From Catajapyx aquilonaris (lineage: Eukaryota), in the NCBI GenBank assembly GCA_000934665.2, contig KZ538008.1, forward strand, positions 124,001 through 188,000: a stretch of DNA of 64,000 bases, written 5' to 3'. The notes under the pieces are model-generated. The model worked only from the letters and a program-made list of their open reading frames with translations, was not told the origin of the DNA and made no database searches. Both the position numbers and the translations under genes were made by a program. This document shows, one piece after another, positions 27,101-40,736 of the stretch. Every line of letters begins with the position of its first letter. Within the stretch, counting starts at the first letter, position 1.

Positions 27101-30100
27101 AGTGCCCAGCCATCCGTTTTATTCTTCCTGACGTCAAAAAGGCCCACACCCAGCCAGCCTCCAGATCCTCCGATCCATGATTGATCATCATCATCATCCA
27201 GCGCGTTGTGGGCTTGACACATTTGGGTGACAGCTTTAGGTGTCGCAGCAGCGGCTGTCTCATCACAGCATTTTGCAACCGGGCGCCTCATTCTTTTTGC
27301 GGCAAATCACAACTCCGGACTCCCGCCTGCCTAATCCGGGATGTATCCGACACCTGCGAACTGCTAACTCCGACACTGCAGGCTAAGAAATCGCGATTTG
27401 CTGCAATGGTGCGTCATATGACGCAACCGGTTCATACAGCGAGGGCTTTCATCAATACTTTGAGTGGGCTCGCATAGAGCACACCGGAACGCAAATCGTT
27501 TCCGCATGCAGTCTGCTTATAAATACAACGAGAGAGGCCAACTATGTCGACCCCGGATGGCTCTTCGGGTTAATTACGTTAATTTATGTGCCTGCCAAAT
27601 AATACTGTGTGATGGTTAAATAAACTAAAGGCGTACATAACCGCTGACGCACAGCTGCTAGGAGCTGCAATTTGTTTAAGCTCCTTGCCCGGCTACATAG
27701 CAGCTATAAATATTTGGACAGAAGCTTCTAAACATTATATTCAAGGAGGGCAACGGTCGAATAATTTTGGCTAATTACACCTCATGGGGCGGGCTATAGA
27801 TGCCAGTAAAAGGAGCAAGTTTGAAAAGTTACTCGCAAGGTGCATTTAGATTAATGTGATTGGCGTGAATAACAGCCTGCTTTATGCGCTAATGAAACGC
27901 TGCAGGATAGCGTTTTTAATTGGTCCGTTTACACTTCCAGCAGAAAAAGGTTTTGCATGTCACAACGAGCCGACTAATCTATACAACGATACATTATCGC
28001 GCAACTATTCTTATATCATGCCTATGCAGATTGCCAACATAGACTGCTACAATGTAACAATATAAAATAAACAGTGATGCTATACCCTGCGCATTAAAGG
28101 ATCCTCCGTTCTCTCGATACCCTCCGCAGCATTTGCACATATTGAACTCTCTCCCTCCCCAGCCACGCCCCGATCAACAAACCCCGCATTTCAACTCCCC
28201 ACATGCATATAGGCCCATTTAATTAAGACGGAACCGTTCGTGCCACTTGATTTGAATCCCCCTTAACCCCAGCCAACGATTCCGGCCGGATCAGCCTCCC
28301 ACCGGGTCAACAAACCAACCATATGATCGCAGCCAATTTGTCAACTATAGTCTGCTGGACCTAAAGCAACATGGCAAGAACACTCGCTAACAAAAAAAAA
28401 AAAAAGCTTATATAGACAGACAGGAACCATTGATATGCAAACGACAGCCGTCTCTACCATCCCTTCATCTTGCTGCAGATAGCAAAAGCTATTAGGGTCC
28501 ATCTCCCAGTGGCCAACGTGGCCGGAATGGCCGAAAAGGTGTCCCCCAGAGGAGCTAGGATGACACTGGTGGGGGCCACTAGAGAGTCCGGGAAATAAAG
28601 AACGGGGGGCTATGGTACAGCAGCTGGAAAGAGAGAGCCTGGCTTGCGTTTGTGAACAGAATGCCCAAGGAAAAGAGCATTGGGCACGATTCTCCGGGCT
28701 TGGCTCCCGGAAATTAGGAAGTGGTGCTTTGGGGATGGGTTTCGCTGCATAATGATGCGGGAGGAATTGGGTGAGTACGGGGAATGGAAACAAGATTGGG
28801 AGTGGGGGGGACTACACCCACAGCATTTTTTTTTTTTTTTCACGCAGGTTCCGTCGTTTTGACATCACCACTTGGTATGCATTCCGGAGCATCTGACGCC
28901 TCCGGGGAGACATTCATTACCCAATTGAATAATCATGCACACGAGTGTCGTCGTCAAAAAGGTTGGGTGGGGAGGGAGGAGGTTGCAGGGGATAAGCTTG
29001 TTTTGACGTTGCGTGAAACCGGGCTGCAGTTTTGATTTGCATACAGTATACCTATATAGCAGCAGTGGAGCTCCGACAGTGCTGAGATCTTTCGATATTT
29101 TCGTCGCATTTTCGAATTTCGGTTGCAATATTTCAATATTCTGCACAAATCTTTACTATAGCACAGCCCTGACAGGGACCTTCCTGCTCGTCCTGAGCTA
29201 TACAAATGGCCACAATGCTCCTGCCATACCCTGACACCCCCAATTGTTTCATCTTTGATTGGCCTCCCCCGCGCTGTGATTATTATTCGTTTCCAAATTA
29301 ATCCAGACCAGGAGCAAAGTAAATAAAAATGGCCGAGTTGATGCCGCCTCCACTATTTATAACTGACAATTTCCCACCGGTACATACAACGCATTAATTA
29401 TCGGCAAAATGGCCGCGTCCGAATTGTAACTCACGCACTCATTGGTACCTCGGGAGCGACGGTTCTAATCGCAACGTGCAATCTCATCAACAAAGTCGCA
29501 GTTGCAACAACACTAACGCGTAAAGCTTTAATTGATGGTCATGGTCAACCACGTGGGAACTTTAGAGCGACGAATAATTGTCGGCAACAGCGACGCTTCC
29601 GGCGCTAAAAATGCCCCTGATTTACGGCCCGGACGCTAATTCCCGGATTGTAAGCCGTGTCAAATTTCATCAAGATGCACATCCGCACGCGTCCAAGTGA
29701 CTGCACGCGCCACCATTAAAGACCAACTGCTTTCTGAATGACTGGTCCTGGTCATAAAATTTACTGCTTCTTCTTAGCCCGGGTATAGAAGTGGTAAAAC
29801 CTGAGATAAGAAGCCCGAACAGCTTCCGGAAAAAAAGTAAAAAAAAAAAAACCCTTCCAACCTCCCAAAAAATTCATGGCTGGTAAGCTGCACGAAGACG
29901 GGAAGTAGCGTTACGTACAAGGAAGGATGGTTAATTGAAGCCGTGGCGCTTCTAAAGGTGTCGGCGTGTTATTCTTTCGGGTGATGAAACATGCTGGCGT
30001 GTCTTCCTGGGCCAGCCTGGCTTATTCTTCGTCACGTGCGTGCCGCCGTTTAAACATCACCACGCGAATTGGAGCATCATTGACCTTGTCAGGTGGCATA

Positions 30101-33100
30101 AAACAAATCGCTCCATTCATTTGCACCGGCACGCAATTCCGTCAAGTGCTGTTACAACATGATCCGTCATATAAAAATGTGGGGGGTTCTATGTGCAACA
30201 TTTCGATACATCGACCATGCGATACCGCCGATATATCAAAATATTATTTTACTATTTGCAATATTTTCGGTATAAATATTGGTCGAGTGCCATTTATTTG
30301 CTGTAGGAAACCTTGACAGCCATAGCCCCAGAGCAGTAATTCCGAATATAATCCGCCGTAATAACTGCTACTTTAATGGATTATAGGTGAGTAGTAACAT
30401 CGCACGAAACGGGTCCGGATGTGGTTTGATCGACCGTCGCAAAATGGCTAAAAATGTTGGGCCAGGATAGTACATAAAAGCATACCATACCCCAGCTGAA
30501 GAGCATATTTACCAAATAGCATCCCCCTGCATCATCCAGCCGCCTCCTCCCCGCCGCCACCCGAGCTAATCAATTCAGTAAAGAGGGAGCCTCCAGCGAA
30601 ATTGGTGCACACACTATGAATTACTGTTAATTCGGACTTGATTGAAAGGCAATTGCCTGTTAAATTCATAATTCCACTTCAGGCTAATGGAGCGCTCCCT
30701 TGGACAACCCTAGTTAGGGTTACCGCCAGGCCCCCTATTTTAACTACATTTCCACAAGACCAGGCCCCGTAAACTATCCGTCCGGGTCACGCCCATTACC
30801 CTCCCAAGAACTGCATGTGAATCCTCCTGACAAAAAGGAATGAGCCAGTTGGCCAGTACACCACCGAACAAGTTGGCCAATTTCTCCCAAGGAGTTTGAG
30901 GCCCGGGTCATCCGCCAGGAATGTCCGCACAATATTGCGGATGTCCCTGCAGCAGCGTGCACGTTCCTCGCTCCTTAATGAGTTATCGTGATTACGTGAC
31001 ACTGCGATTTTAGCCGAGGGGGAAGAGGCCTGCATCCCCCGATGATTTGCTGCTAATGGTAGACGCCTTCCGTTGCTTCATAAATGAAAATTGCGTCCAG
31101 TGAAACGGCCGCGCAATTAGCGCTCCCTCGCATACACCTACCCTCTTCCGCCTCCCTCATCATCATTATCATCACAATCAGTTAATAAGGCGAAACTTTT
31201 TCTTGCGAGCCGCACCGCATTAATGAAGCCTTCATCGGGTAATGATTTTGCCATACCCCTCCCAACGGAAGAGCCGCATCTTTTATCCCTGTGGACCAGC
31301 TGTCAGCCATGGTAGTCACGTCACTTGATCGACTTCTTCTCATCAATCTGATTACAAGCTACATGTTCCATGTACGGCTATAGCATGGTCCTCAGTCAGG
31401 CTCGCGACACTGCTGCCTTCTGGGGTATATACACTCGCCACTGCCTCATCCTCATTTTGGCAATCTCATTAAAGAGTATTTAAGCTAGAGACGTGCCGCA
31501 ACCCTCCCTGCCATTATGAATGCACTCGTACAATCGGATTATCTGGCATCAGGGTGCGAATTACTCTTCCAGCTCCTGTCCTGAGGATGAGCAGGTCAAT
31601 AATAACTACCGGGGGATATCGACCCGCCTTGAGACAGAACACCCTCGAGTCATATACCATTAGCATTCCTGCGCTACCGAGACTTTTCTTCGCCTCCCCG
31701 CATCCACAGACGACTTCCAACTTCTTTTCCTTCATCTCTTTTTACCTCAGCCAATACTTCCTCCACAACAGAACTGTGCTGATAGAGCGCCAAGGACAAC
31801 ATTTCAGCGCTTCTCGATAATGTGATTGATGCCGAACTAGGTCGGAGTACTCTGGCTTTGGTGAAAGGTGCACGGGCTTCTTTCCCTGCCTGTACGACCG
31901 GTGACTTGGAAGTTCTTCGTCCCACTTGCAGGAACGAGGAATTCGGGGCCGATTCCACGCATCAGATATTGCAGCTCAGCTGTGGAGCCTTGTGGCTTTT
32001 TGCACTACTAAGCACGAGGGGACACTTACACCGCACCTGTCTCCAAACATTTGGAACCGGTTATATACACGGTCCTTTCTGCGTAATGAGTGTCGATAGT
32101 GATGGTGGCAGTCCATCGCAAAGCTCTTTCCGCCTCCTGTTACCAAGCAACATCCTGCCAGCCGTATATACTGTACAGTACGCGTAGTATACCAGTTTCA
32201 GCGTGTTCAAAGTGAACTGATTTAGTAGTTACCAAAAGTTTGAAGTTATACTCTCTAACTGTGAATTCCATGGGCACCAAGTACTGTAAAGCCTACTTTC
32301 AGGCACTGAATTTAAATCACTTACTTCTGAGCTGAAGGCACTAGAATGACCCACTTGGAACCATTGGCGTCATAGATTACGGGTTTAATGTATTTTTTCT
32401 CAGGAAAATTTTCCAGCAGTGGTCAGAGGTTAACCAGGATGATTCAACCCAATGTAACACGCTGGTAATACTCTATTTTGGCTGATTTATACCTCTCACC
32501 CACTTTGTTGGTTGAGCAGCTCAATAAACTTCAGAGTCACTACAATCTGCCACTGTAACAATAGGAGGAATACCACTTATATGTGGTATAATTGCAGTGA
32601 TGAGGTCTCTGATAGAATGAACTGCTCCACAAATTACGCATATACTAGAGGGAAGTGAATTATAACGAGGACGTTACCATGCAGCTCTGCTTTGACCTAT
32701 ACTGCTTCCAGTACTATATACAGTACACTCTGACTATTGTGTAACCTTCGTAGCTATTCATTAATATTTTGTATTTTAAAAAAAGGGCGGAATTTTCTTT
32801 GTCGGAAATGGAACCGTGGTAGTTTTGTCATCTGCGGATTCCGTATCACTATACACTCTTTTTGAATTATTTCTTTCAATTGACAGTTTCAGCAGATGGG
32901 CTGTACGAGACAGCCGCTCCAAATCGGACACATTGGTGGTTCATCTATACTCTATAGCCAACAAGGCTATTTGCCTTTGCAATTTATGGCGCTTTTTGTT
33001 GGTTTAATAAAAGTACTCGATTTGTGTGAACTGATATAAATGCAAGCACTGATGTGTGAGTAAAACTGTTACTAGAATTGTACAGTAACAGGGCTCGGGG

Positions 33101-35091
33101 TCACCCAAATGGCCAATAGTTCCACCACAGGGCTACAAAACAAAAAATTTAACATTTATATCCTGCATTTATTCCGTTCCCAAGTAAGTAACTGTCTGAG
33201 AAGATGGGAGCTTATCCCCATAAAGTTAATAAATCAGTTCAGTGTAACAAATTAGATTCACACCAGATAAGTCAAAAAAACACCTCTACTTCTTCACGAA
33301 GCAAGCTTTAAAATGATCCACGGCAAAAAAAACAAACTCTGAAAATGAATTACACCCAGCAGGTAACGGCCTGACACGGCGCGATGCTTCCAGTACCAAA
33401 GCAAATTTTAAATATCGCAGGTGTCTAGCCAACTTTTGCTCTAAAGTGGTCCAGGCCATGCCCTAACACTGCATTAACCGTGTTTAGCAATACCAATGAT
33501 GAGTTAATGTAATATAATAAATTATTTAGCATCCACTATGAAATATGGGTAGCGATTCTGTTTGCTGTCAGTGTGAATCCAGGCCGCGGTTCAATTATCT
33601 ACAAACACAATTTTCACCGCTGTAACTATGTAATTACGTATTAGGCCGCCCATTAGTATCAATACTGTATATCTCAGCATCATTCGTCAAAGTAAACCGT
33701 TAAATTCCGCCCCATGATTAAAGGGCATGCTATATTCCACTGCGGCACCTGCAACAAATTACGCCTATTTGTTCTTGCCCGAGTAATCCTCTTAATTTAT
33801 GAACCGGTCACACCAAAAAACATCGCACCTAAGCCAATTTGCAGAACAAGAAAAAGAAAGCCCAAAATTGTATTTCACGTGCCAGTTTCATGGCTAAACC
33901 CTCTCTTCCCTGGTAATAAACGCTTCATAAAATTCAGCGGGTTGTAAGGCCAGAATTCATATAGAGCTTAACCGCACCCCGTTCATTTTCATTCTCATTT
34001 CTTCTTCTTTTTTATTCCAACCTCTCCTTCCTATCCTGGGCGCTGGAGGTGTTGAGAAAAGTTCCCACGACCTCGTTACGCGGACTTCCCTCGTTTTTCT
34101 CCCAATCGTGGGTTGAAAATCAATCGCCATTTTTTTCCCCTTACCCCCACTCTCGTCACTATACCCTCTCACATCTCTTTGAAAAGTTCCCATCCATTCT
34201 GGACGTTTCATGTGGCTGACTGGAAACACTGGCCGGTCTTAATCAGCTTGCGCAAATTATGGGAAACTAATCCGGGGAAGGCTCTTTCCGAGCATCACAC
34301 CCGATTTGTAACGTGTTTCCAATTTTAATAATTAGTGCCGAAGGAACTGGGTCACGATGAAACTTTTAATCCGGCTCTCAAGCCAAACAAGGAGTAAAAG
34401 ATGGTCCTTTCCTTCTTCGGCGCCTTGTTTGCAATAATGGGAACCGAGTCGAAACGGGCCATCATTTGTGGTCCCGAATCTTCCGAATCCGCATGATTAA
34501 AAATGCAACATTTAGTCTAAATAATGCACAAATTTTGTAATTCATTACTACTGGAAAAAGGCAGATAGACAGTTATCTCTTCAGGAATTTTATCAGTGTA
34601 CGCTATCAGTCAATCGCCGGTTTGCACTATCACTACTAGATGACATTACACGTTTCCTTTTACTAATCTGTGTTCGAAGTCCTCTCAATTAAAATCAGCT
34701 TCACAAAAACCGGGTATAAAAAATTGATCTATAGTCCGATCGACTTGGACGGGTCCAGCCAAATCCCTGCCTCCGTTTCACCCGTCCCATGCCCATAGCC
34801 ACTAATCCTGACCGCTCCGGCCACCTTCCCATTCTATCGCCCCCCAAAAAATCGCTCGTAATCTGCCTACAGGTGGCGCACCCCTCAATTCTGCATGATA
34901 TCCCCAGCTGGTTGACAAATGCACACCCCCCCCCCCCCCAANCCCCCCCCCCCAAAAAAAAAAATCCTTTGATCTTTCGGCAATGTGCAAGGCTCGGTTG
35001 TAAACGCACTTTGGACCAGATCCACGACCATTACGTGGCCGAACGCCGGCGTCTCTCTTTTTTTATCCAACAACAAAACGCTTGTGCTTAC

Positions 35092-35223
35092 CTAAAAGGG
35101 CCTGGAAGAGGCGTGACTTGAAGATCCGGATGACCCTCTCGATGGCCAGTCGCAGTTGTTTGTCCTGAGGCCGTGTCAGCTTCGCATGATAGTCTTCCAG
35201 AAGCTCTAGCGCTCGGTGCGCCT
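35092..35223 (-). CDS. dlg1: Discs large 1 (MAGUK), coding exon 2, L27 domain
   Basis: ttttcttacag|AG GCG CAC ... TTA G|gtaagc; 132 nt, phase 1/1. Encodes (E)AHRALELLEDYHAKLTRPQDKQLRLAIERVIRIFKSRLFQALL(D), near-identical to the Drosophila Dlg-S97 / SAP97 L27 N-terminus. Confidence 0.96.
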
Positions 35224-38200
35224 CTGTAAGAAAAGAAAAAAAGAGTGGGGGCGGGATAGTAGGGAGTTAGCAAACAATCCACTTCTTCCGATATCCGTTT
35301 CTTCCCCGATTAAACCACTAGAGGTGAGCAACACCATTGAAAAAATAGAAGAAGAAGAAGAAAAAAAAAAATCAAGGCATAGAGTACTTCTCAACTTTAT
35401 GGCTCGTGATTCAGGCCGAGAGGGTAGGGAATATGAAAATTATTACCTTCGTGCCGTAATTTCGGAACTGGATATTACGACTAATCATGTGCTCTCCAGT
35501 CTTTTGGCCAATAGCATGCAGGTTTTTTAGCGCTCCCGAAACAACCTGCGTCTTCCCTACATTAGCGCTAATTATTTTTTAAGTACCCTGTATCGCTGAC
35601 AGTAATTGCACCGTTTTGTAGTTGCAAGCTGAAAAATTATATCCCCTGCAATTACGAGCGCTTTGCAAAACCGATTGGCTCCTCCCATTTAAATGGCATC
35701 AACAGGTAGGGCAATTGTCGCGTCCATTCGCAAAAGACGAACAGGCGACATATATAATGCATAATTTCATGCCAGTTATACTTCACCTTTCTTACTCCGG
35801 GAGTTTCCATTTCATGAATAGAGCCTGTCTTTTGCAAAGAGCAAAATTATGGCAGCTAAAACTGAAAAGCTCTCCGCGGTCTTTGAGCACCAGATTATGG
35901 CCGGGGGTAGGACAGCCACGGACCGGGGAGGCTGGTGGGGGAGGGATAAAAACCTATCAAAACAATGGCAAAATCCTGACAGTTCCCATCTGGCCAGAAC
36001 CCCCACACCATTCATTTTGAACCGACCTCGGACTACACAGTTTGACCTTGTTTCGCACCCACTTCCGCACTAGGTCAAACTCCCATACCACAAGAGGTAC
36101 GACCCCCCGCTGCAAAAAGGCAAGAAAATCCCCATGGCCTTTTGCGGGCCATCGAGCGGCCCTGATTAACCCGTCTTTCTGCCTACCTGTGGAATTAAAA
36201 CAAATAACATGCTTGTTTGCTCGGCTCCGCTGCCAAGTGGATCGAGTAGAATGAATGTGATGGTCCTGCAGGGTTTCTCTCCTTGCCCGCTGAACAAACC
36301 CCTAGGGCTTCCCAAGTGCAATGAGGCGAAGAATTAGATCCCAATCCACGAAGCCTTTTAACCAGGGCCTGCTACTATATACAAAAGCAATAAGGTCTGG
36401 GTGGCCACAAACCTGCACTGCTGGAAAATTAAAGGTGTGCAAACCATACCGAGGTTGTCATGAAAATGGTTTACGGCCAGGGCTGTATAACCAATATCGC
36501 CCGGATTTTATCGTCCGGGTTTGTGTCCCAGTCCGGCTCATTGAAAGTTAATGTCGGTGGCTATCAGCTGTTCGCAATCTGACATCGCAATCAAGTTGTG
36601 ATTCAAGGCCAGATATCAGTGCTGCAGCCAATTTGCCTCGTTCTGCACTGACCATATAGCGGGTGCATATATCTCATGAAGCTTGGCAATGTGACAAGCT
36701 CCTCAATATATATGCATTAATCATCGCTTCGATTGGGAATTAGCTACTCGGACGCAACTGACACCCAAAAGCAAAAGTCACATGCTAAATGAAGCGTCTA
36801 ACATGCCCAACAGGGTTGCAGAGAGTGAGGGGAGTTGGTAATGCTGCAGTGTGCAACGAATTAGCATAAATCATTCTCAATCTACATGCATATGAGGGCA
36901 CATGGCAATCACATGAGAACAACAACAGTGTACAGCATACAATGTGGATAAGTATTTGCTTAGGCATGGTACGCACACAGTTTGTTCTGTCACTGAATGT
37001 ACCCTGTTTACTTCGGCGCAACGCACGTTGAGTTATACTGTTCTTCAATTTCTGACCAAAATTTCTGCCAAAATTTTTCAAGGAAGTTGGCACCGGTGTT
37101 CCAATTGTGCTTGTGCCAACTGGTAATTGAATGCCAGACAAGTAATTATGGAGTCACAATGCAAAAGGACTACTTTTAGGGAATTCTGCAATTTGGGGTG
37201 AGTAGTGGGAGGTATGAGTTGGGTGAGGTTAGGCTTGATCTTATGCCAAGTTCTAGGCCAGTGTTCAGCTCCACCCAGCTACCCACCATAAACTGCAGAA
37301 GTTCCCAGTTTTTGCTCAAATTCTGAAGTGAATTAACAGCCTAGGAGAACTCCTACTATCATGCCCAGCTGTCAGCAGAACAGATCGCTTTGGACACATT
37401 CAATAGTCGATAAAGGACTGATTACATGTCTGCCACGAAGCAAAATTCGCCAACACATATATCTTCCACTGGAAATTTACATTACCCTGCCCTTTTCATG
37501 GCAGGAATTTCTCTCCCCTAGGGTTCCACAGTAAATTAATGTGTCAGTGGAATAAAATCAAGATTTTTGGCCCATAAAAGATGGAGTTGCACTTTATATC
37601 CACTAAAAAGCCAATAGCTGAATGATGGTAGATATTGTAGCAAAATTACTGTTGAAATCCTCCAACCCATTTTAAGTTGTTTTTTTTCCACGTGCATAGA
37701 AATCTCCACTACATTACTTACTAGAATGTATATTTATAATACTAGCATATTGATTTGTCCCACATAATGTTACAAGCAATTGTTTGCTCTGTAGAGATCT
37801 CAGAATTAACCTACCATATAAGTCACTAAATTATTTACCTTGTATCCACAAATGTCGCATTCAAAGGAGTAATCTTCCACATGGCATTTCTTGAGCCATA
37901 CAGAGAAGACTAACATCACTTCTAAACAGTGGCAGTTTATTTATGAAGTACCCAGCACATTCACATGTGCATCAAAGTAATTGCAAATATATCAGGTAAA
38001 TATTATTATGACATTTAAAATATATCTGTAACAGGGTGTATCCATTAGAGACAGTTTTGCAAACACTTTCCAAGTAGTGAACAGGTTTTCATCTGAGGTG
38101 ATGGAAACACATTGAAATATATGCAATGCCGACCAACCAAAAGTTCTGTAATTGGCAAGTTTCTATTATATTCCAAGGGTAAATTTTACATTGTTTTCAC

Positions 38201-40062
38201 TATTAATAATGTAAACATTCAGTGGTTATCAAAACTTCAGCATCGCAATACAAAGGTGTTACATTAAAGACAAACTACTTTCTTGAATTCCAAATGTGTT
38301 GCAGAAAAGGATGCAGTGGAATTGTACTGTACTAATGCAGTCACAGAAGAGTGAAAGCCGCACCTTTCAGAAGTAAATATTATTTATATGAAAAAATAAT
38401 GATTCAGCATTCCTGTTGCCTGTACAAGTGTACATATCACTTGTACTCGTATATAATCACTGTCTCACTTAAAGAATATCTATGTCATTAAACCAGATGA
38501 ACATCCCACATAACAGTTGGATGTAAGGGAAAGTCAGTCAAGACTACTGTCACACCAATAAATAGCTGCAACATACAATCCTTACTGTCCAATGTTAGCA
38601 ATGACAGCTTCAAGGTCAATTACAACTTGATAGAAATTACTTTAAAAATCAACTGGTAGTACATCACCCATGACAACAACGAAAAGTTTGTACACATCCT
38701 GCATGATGCAAAAGCGAGCTGCAGATGTTGACTAGTTAACAACTTTCAACCTCCATCACCCTGTGGGTACCAGCATCACATTACAGTAGTCGCACACCCC
38801 AAAATACTAGGTGAAGGCTTCAAGGGATTATGGACGTAATCTTGCACAGGATGAAGCAATACTTCTAGTGCAGAGCTCTCAAAAAAACACCTTTTGATAA
38901 TTAATAAGCCAACAGCAATAGTTACTTTAGTGTATTTGAAGACTAAAAGCAGATGAAATTATATGACCAACTTACTATAATTTCAGTGTATACTTCTTTT
39001 GTTTACTTGAATAATCATAATTAAATTACTACTAACCACTAACTACAATGAATGTAAAATCAATTTCCATGTGAAGACTGAACGCTGATATCTGATGATT
39101 TTGGGCAGTAAGTTTCCCAAAAATAGCAATTAGCACAAGCTGCTTATACTATTAATTACCAAAAAGATGTCACATTTTCATATATCAATACAATGTCAAT
39201 CTTGCTTCATCCTGCAGACCAATGTGACGCAGTACACCCCAAGCATATTCAGGAGATGAAAGTTGTGAACTGCAATGATACAAACATCAATTACTTTATT
39301 GGCAAATCAAGTATTATGTAGACAGAGTCAAAACTTTTGTAGTTCTGCAGCTAAGGAACTAAAGGAGGCCTTTACAAAAAAAGAAATAAAAAAAGAAACC
39401 CAAAGTATTTTGAAGGTCAACCTGCAGTACATCATGGCCATCAAGGCCATATTTTCCTTCGAGCACTGCAGTAAATGACAGGAATGTTTGTTGTGCAAGT
39501 TTGTTCACTGCAGGTCTGCTTGCACTGACCCAGCTGAGATGTGTCTCAAATATTGGATTTACCCATGCTTCATGGTATTGGCAATTCCAATGAGATGCAG
39601 TTTGTCTATTCAATAATACCATGAGTTATTACTATGCAACTGCAGTGAAACAAACATTAATTGGGCCAGTCACCCCAATACTGGTACATGGCGATACCAT
39701 GTTGTCAGCATTCAATAATAAACTAGTTTCAATGCATTTCAGTGACAGAACAACTTGTGTAAAGCTGGTGTACTGGTCACTCTGGCAAGAGCTGAACGAC
39801 CCTTGCCATTACGACCAGACGGCTTGCAACAGCTGTCACTCTGAACATGTACGCCACATTACGGCCTGCCCTCCGCTCCAAGTGGCAGCGGCAGGAATAT
39901 GCTTGGAGACTTGCTGGCAGGGTGCGACGGACCCGTGCACCTGGACAGCAAGCTCCGACCCGCCTGCTTGTTTATCCACGTCATGGCATGCAGTGTCTTG
40001 CATTGCATGTGCCAGCAGTGCGTCATGCAGTGCTTGTGCTGGATCATCCTGGATCTTACCAC

Positions 40063-40081
40063 CTTGCTTACGGACGGGCAT
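40063..40081 (-). CDS. dlg1: Discs large 1, first coding exon (MPVRKQ)
   Basis: ACC ATG CCC GTC CGT AAG CAA G|gtggtaaga. MPVRKQ is the SAP97/DLG1 N-terminus, and the phase-1 end joins exon 35092-35223 in frame. An alternative donor 3 nt further on would end the exon at 40060. Confidence 0.9.
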
Positions 40082-40299
40082 GGTTGCAAGCAGTCTCTGG
40101 GCCTCGATGGCTATCGCCTCTGGCAGCAGGTAAAACTCGGGGCCGCCCTCCAGCTCTCCTCCTCTCGGCACTGCCTTGGCCCCCCCCTCTCCTTCTCTTC
40201 TTCCTTCGTCACTACTACTACTACCACCACTACGTCCACCCCAGGTCGTCCTGTCGGTTGGTGCCCTCTCCTCCTCCACCCGCACTCAGAGTCAGTCCT

Positions 40300-40736
40300 G
40301 TGGCCCAGGGGCCGCCCCTGCACTCCACCACCACCACCACCACCACCGACCTCAGTGGTCTTCCTCCTGGTCCTGTTCCGCACTATGGAAACCGGACACC
40401 TCGGCAGCCAGCCCGCACCAGTGCCGCCCTAGAGAGGGACCCGGACATCAACACGGGGCCAGGTTTTGGCGGAGAGTTGTAAAGTGGTGTATAGCAGAGG
40501 GGGGGGAGGAGGAGGAGGGATGGGGGATGACACACACACACCGGAGGAGGAGGAGGGTGAAGGGGGAGTGTTGCAGTCTGTGGCGGTGGGGGAGGGGGGG
40601 ATAAGAAACGATTCAATATGGCGGCTGCAGAGGGGGGGAGTTGGTTCCAGGGGGATGACGCGGAAGGGCGCTGGGGTAGGGGGAAGATGGCCGCCCCCAG
40701 TCGCACGGTGTGACCAAGGCTGATTCTACTGCAATC
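40300..40736. promoter_or_regulatory. Putative bidirectional promoter / 5' UTR region between dlg1 (-) and TMEM126 (+)
   Basis: The two ATGs are 655 bp apart. GC-rich, purine-tract sequence with two YY1/Pho-like motifs: CAATATGGCGGC (40614-40625) and AAGATGGCCGCC (40684-40695). Confidence 0.6.

Larger units (their letters stand above)
1..35091 (-). other. dlg1: Very large intron (>35 kb) of dlg1, downstream of the L27 exon; runs off the window start
   Basis: Begins at the GTAAGC donor after exon 35092-35223 (minus strand). By eye I found no exon encoding the expected continuation (D)IQEFYE..TLL, and no other convincing coding exon, in this span. Confidence 0.65.

Noticed and set aside
33905..33945. 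EFYE on the minus strand as a possible dlg1 exon 3
   Set aside because: The context is PAEFYEAFIT rather than DIQEFYE.TLL, and there is no suitable acceptor.
39836..40285. 149-aa minus-strand ORF and overlapping long plus-strand ORFs (39621-40604)
   Set aside because: Only MPVRKQ is a recognisable coding piece (dlg1 exon 1). The rest is GC-rich leader and intron read-through with low-complexity repeats.
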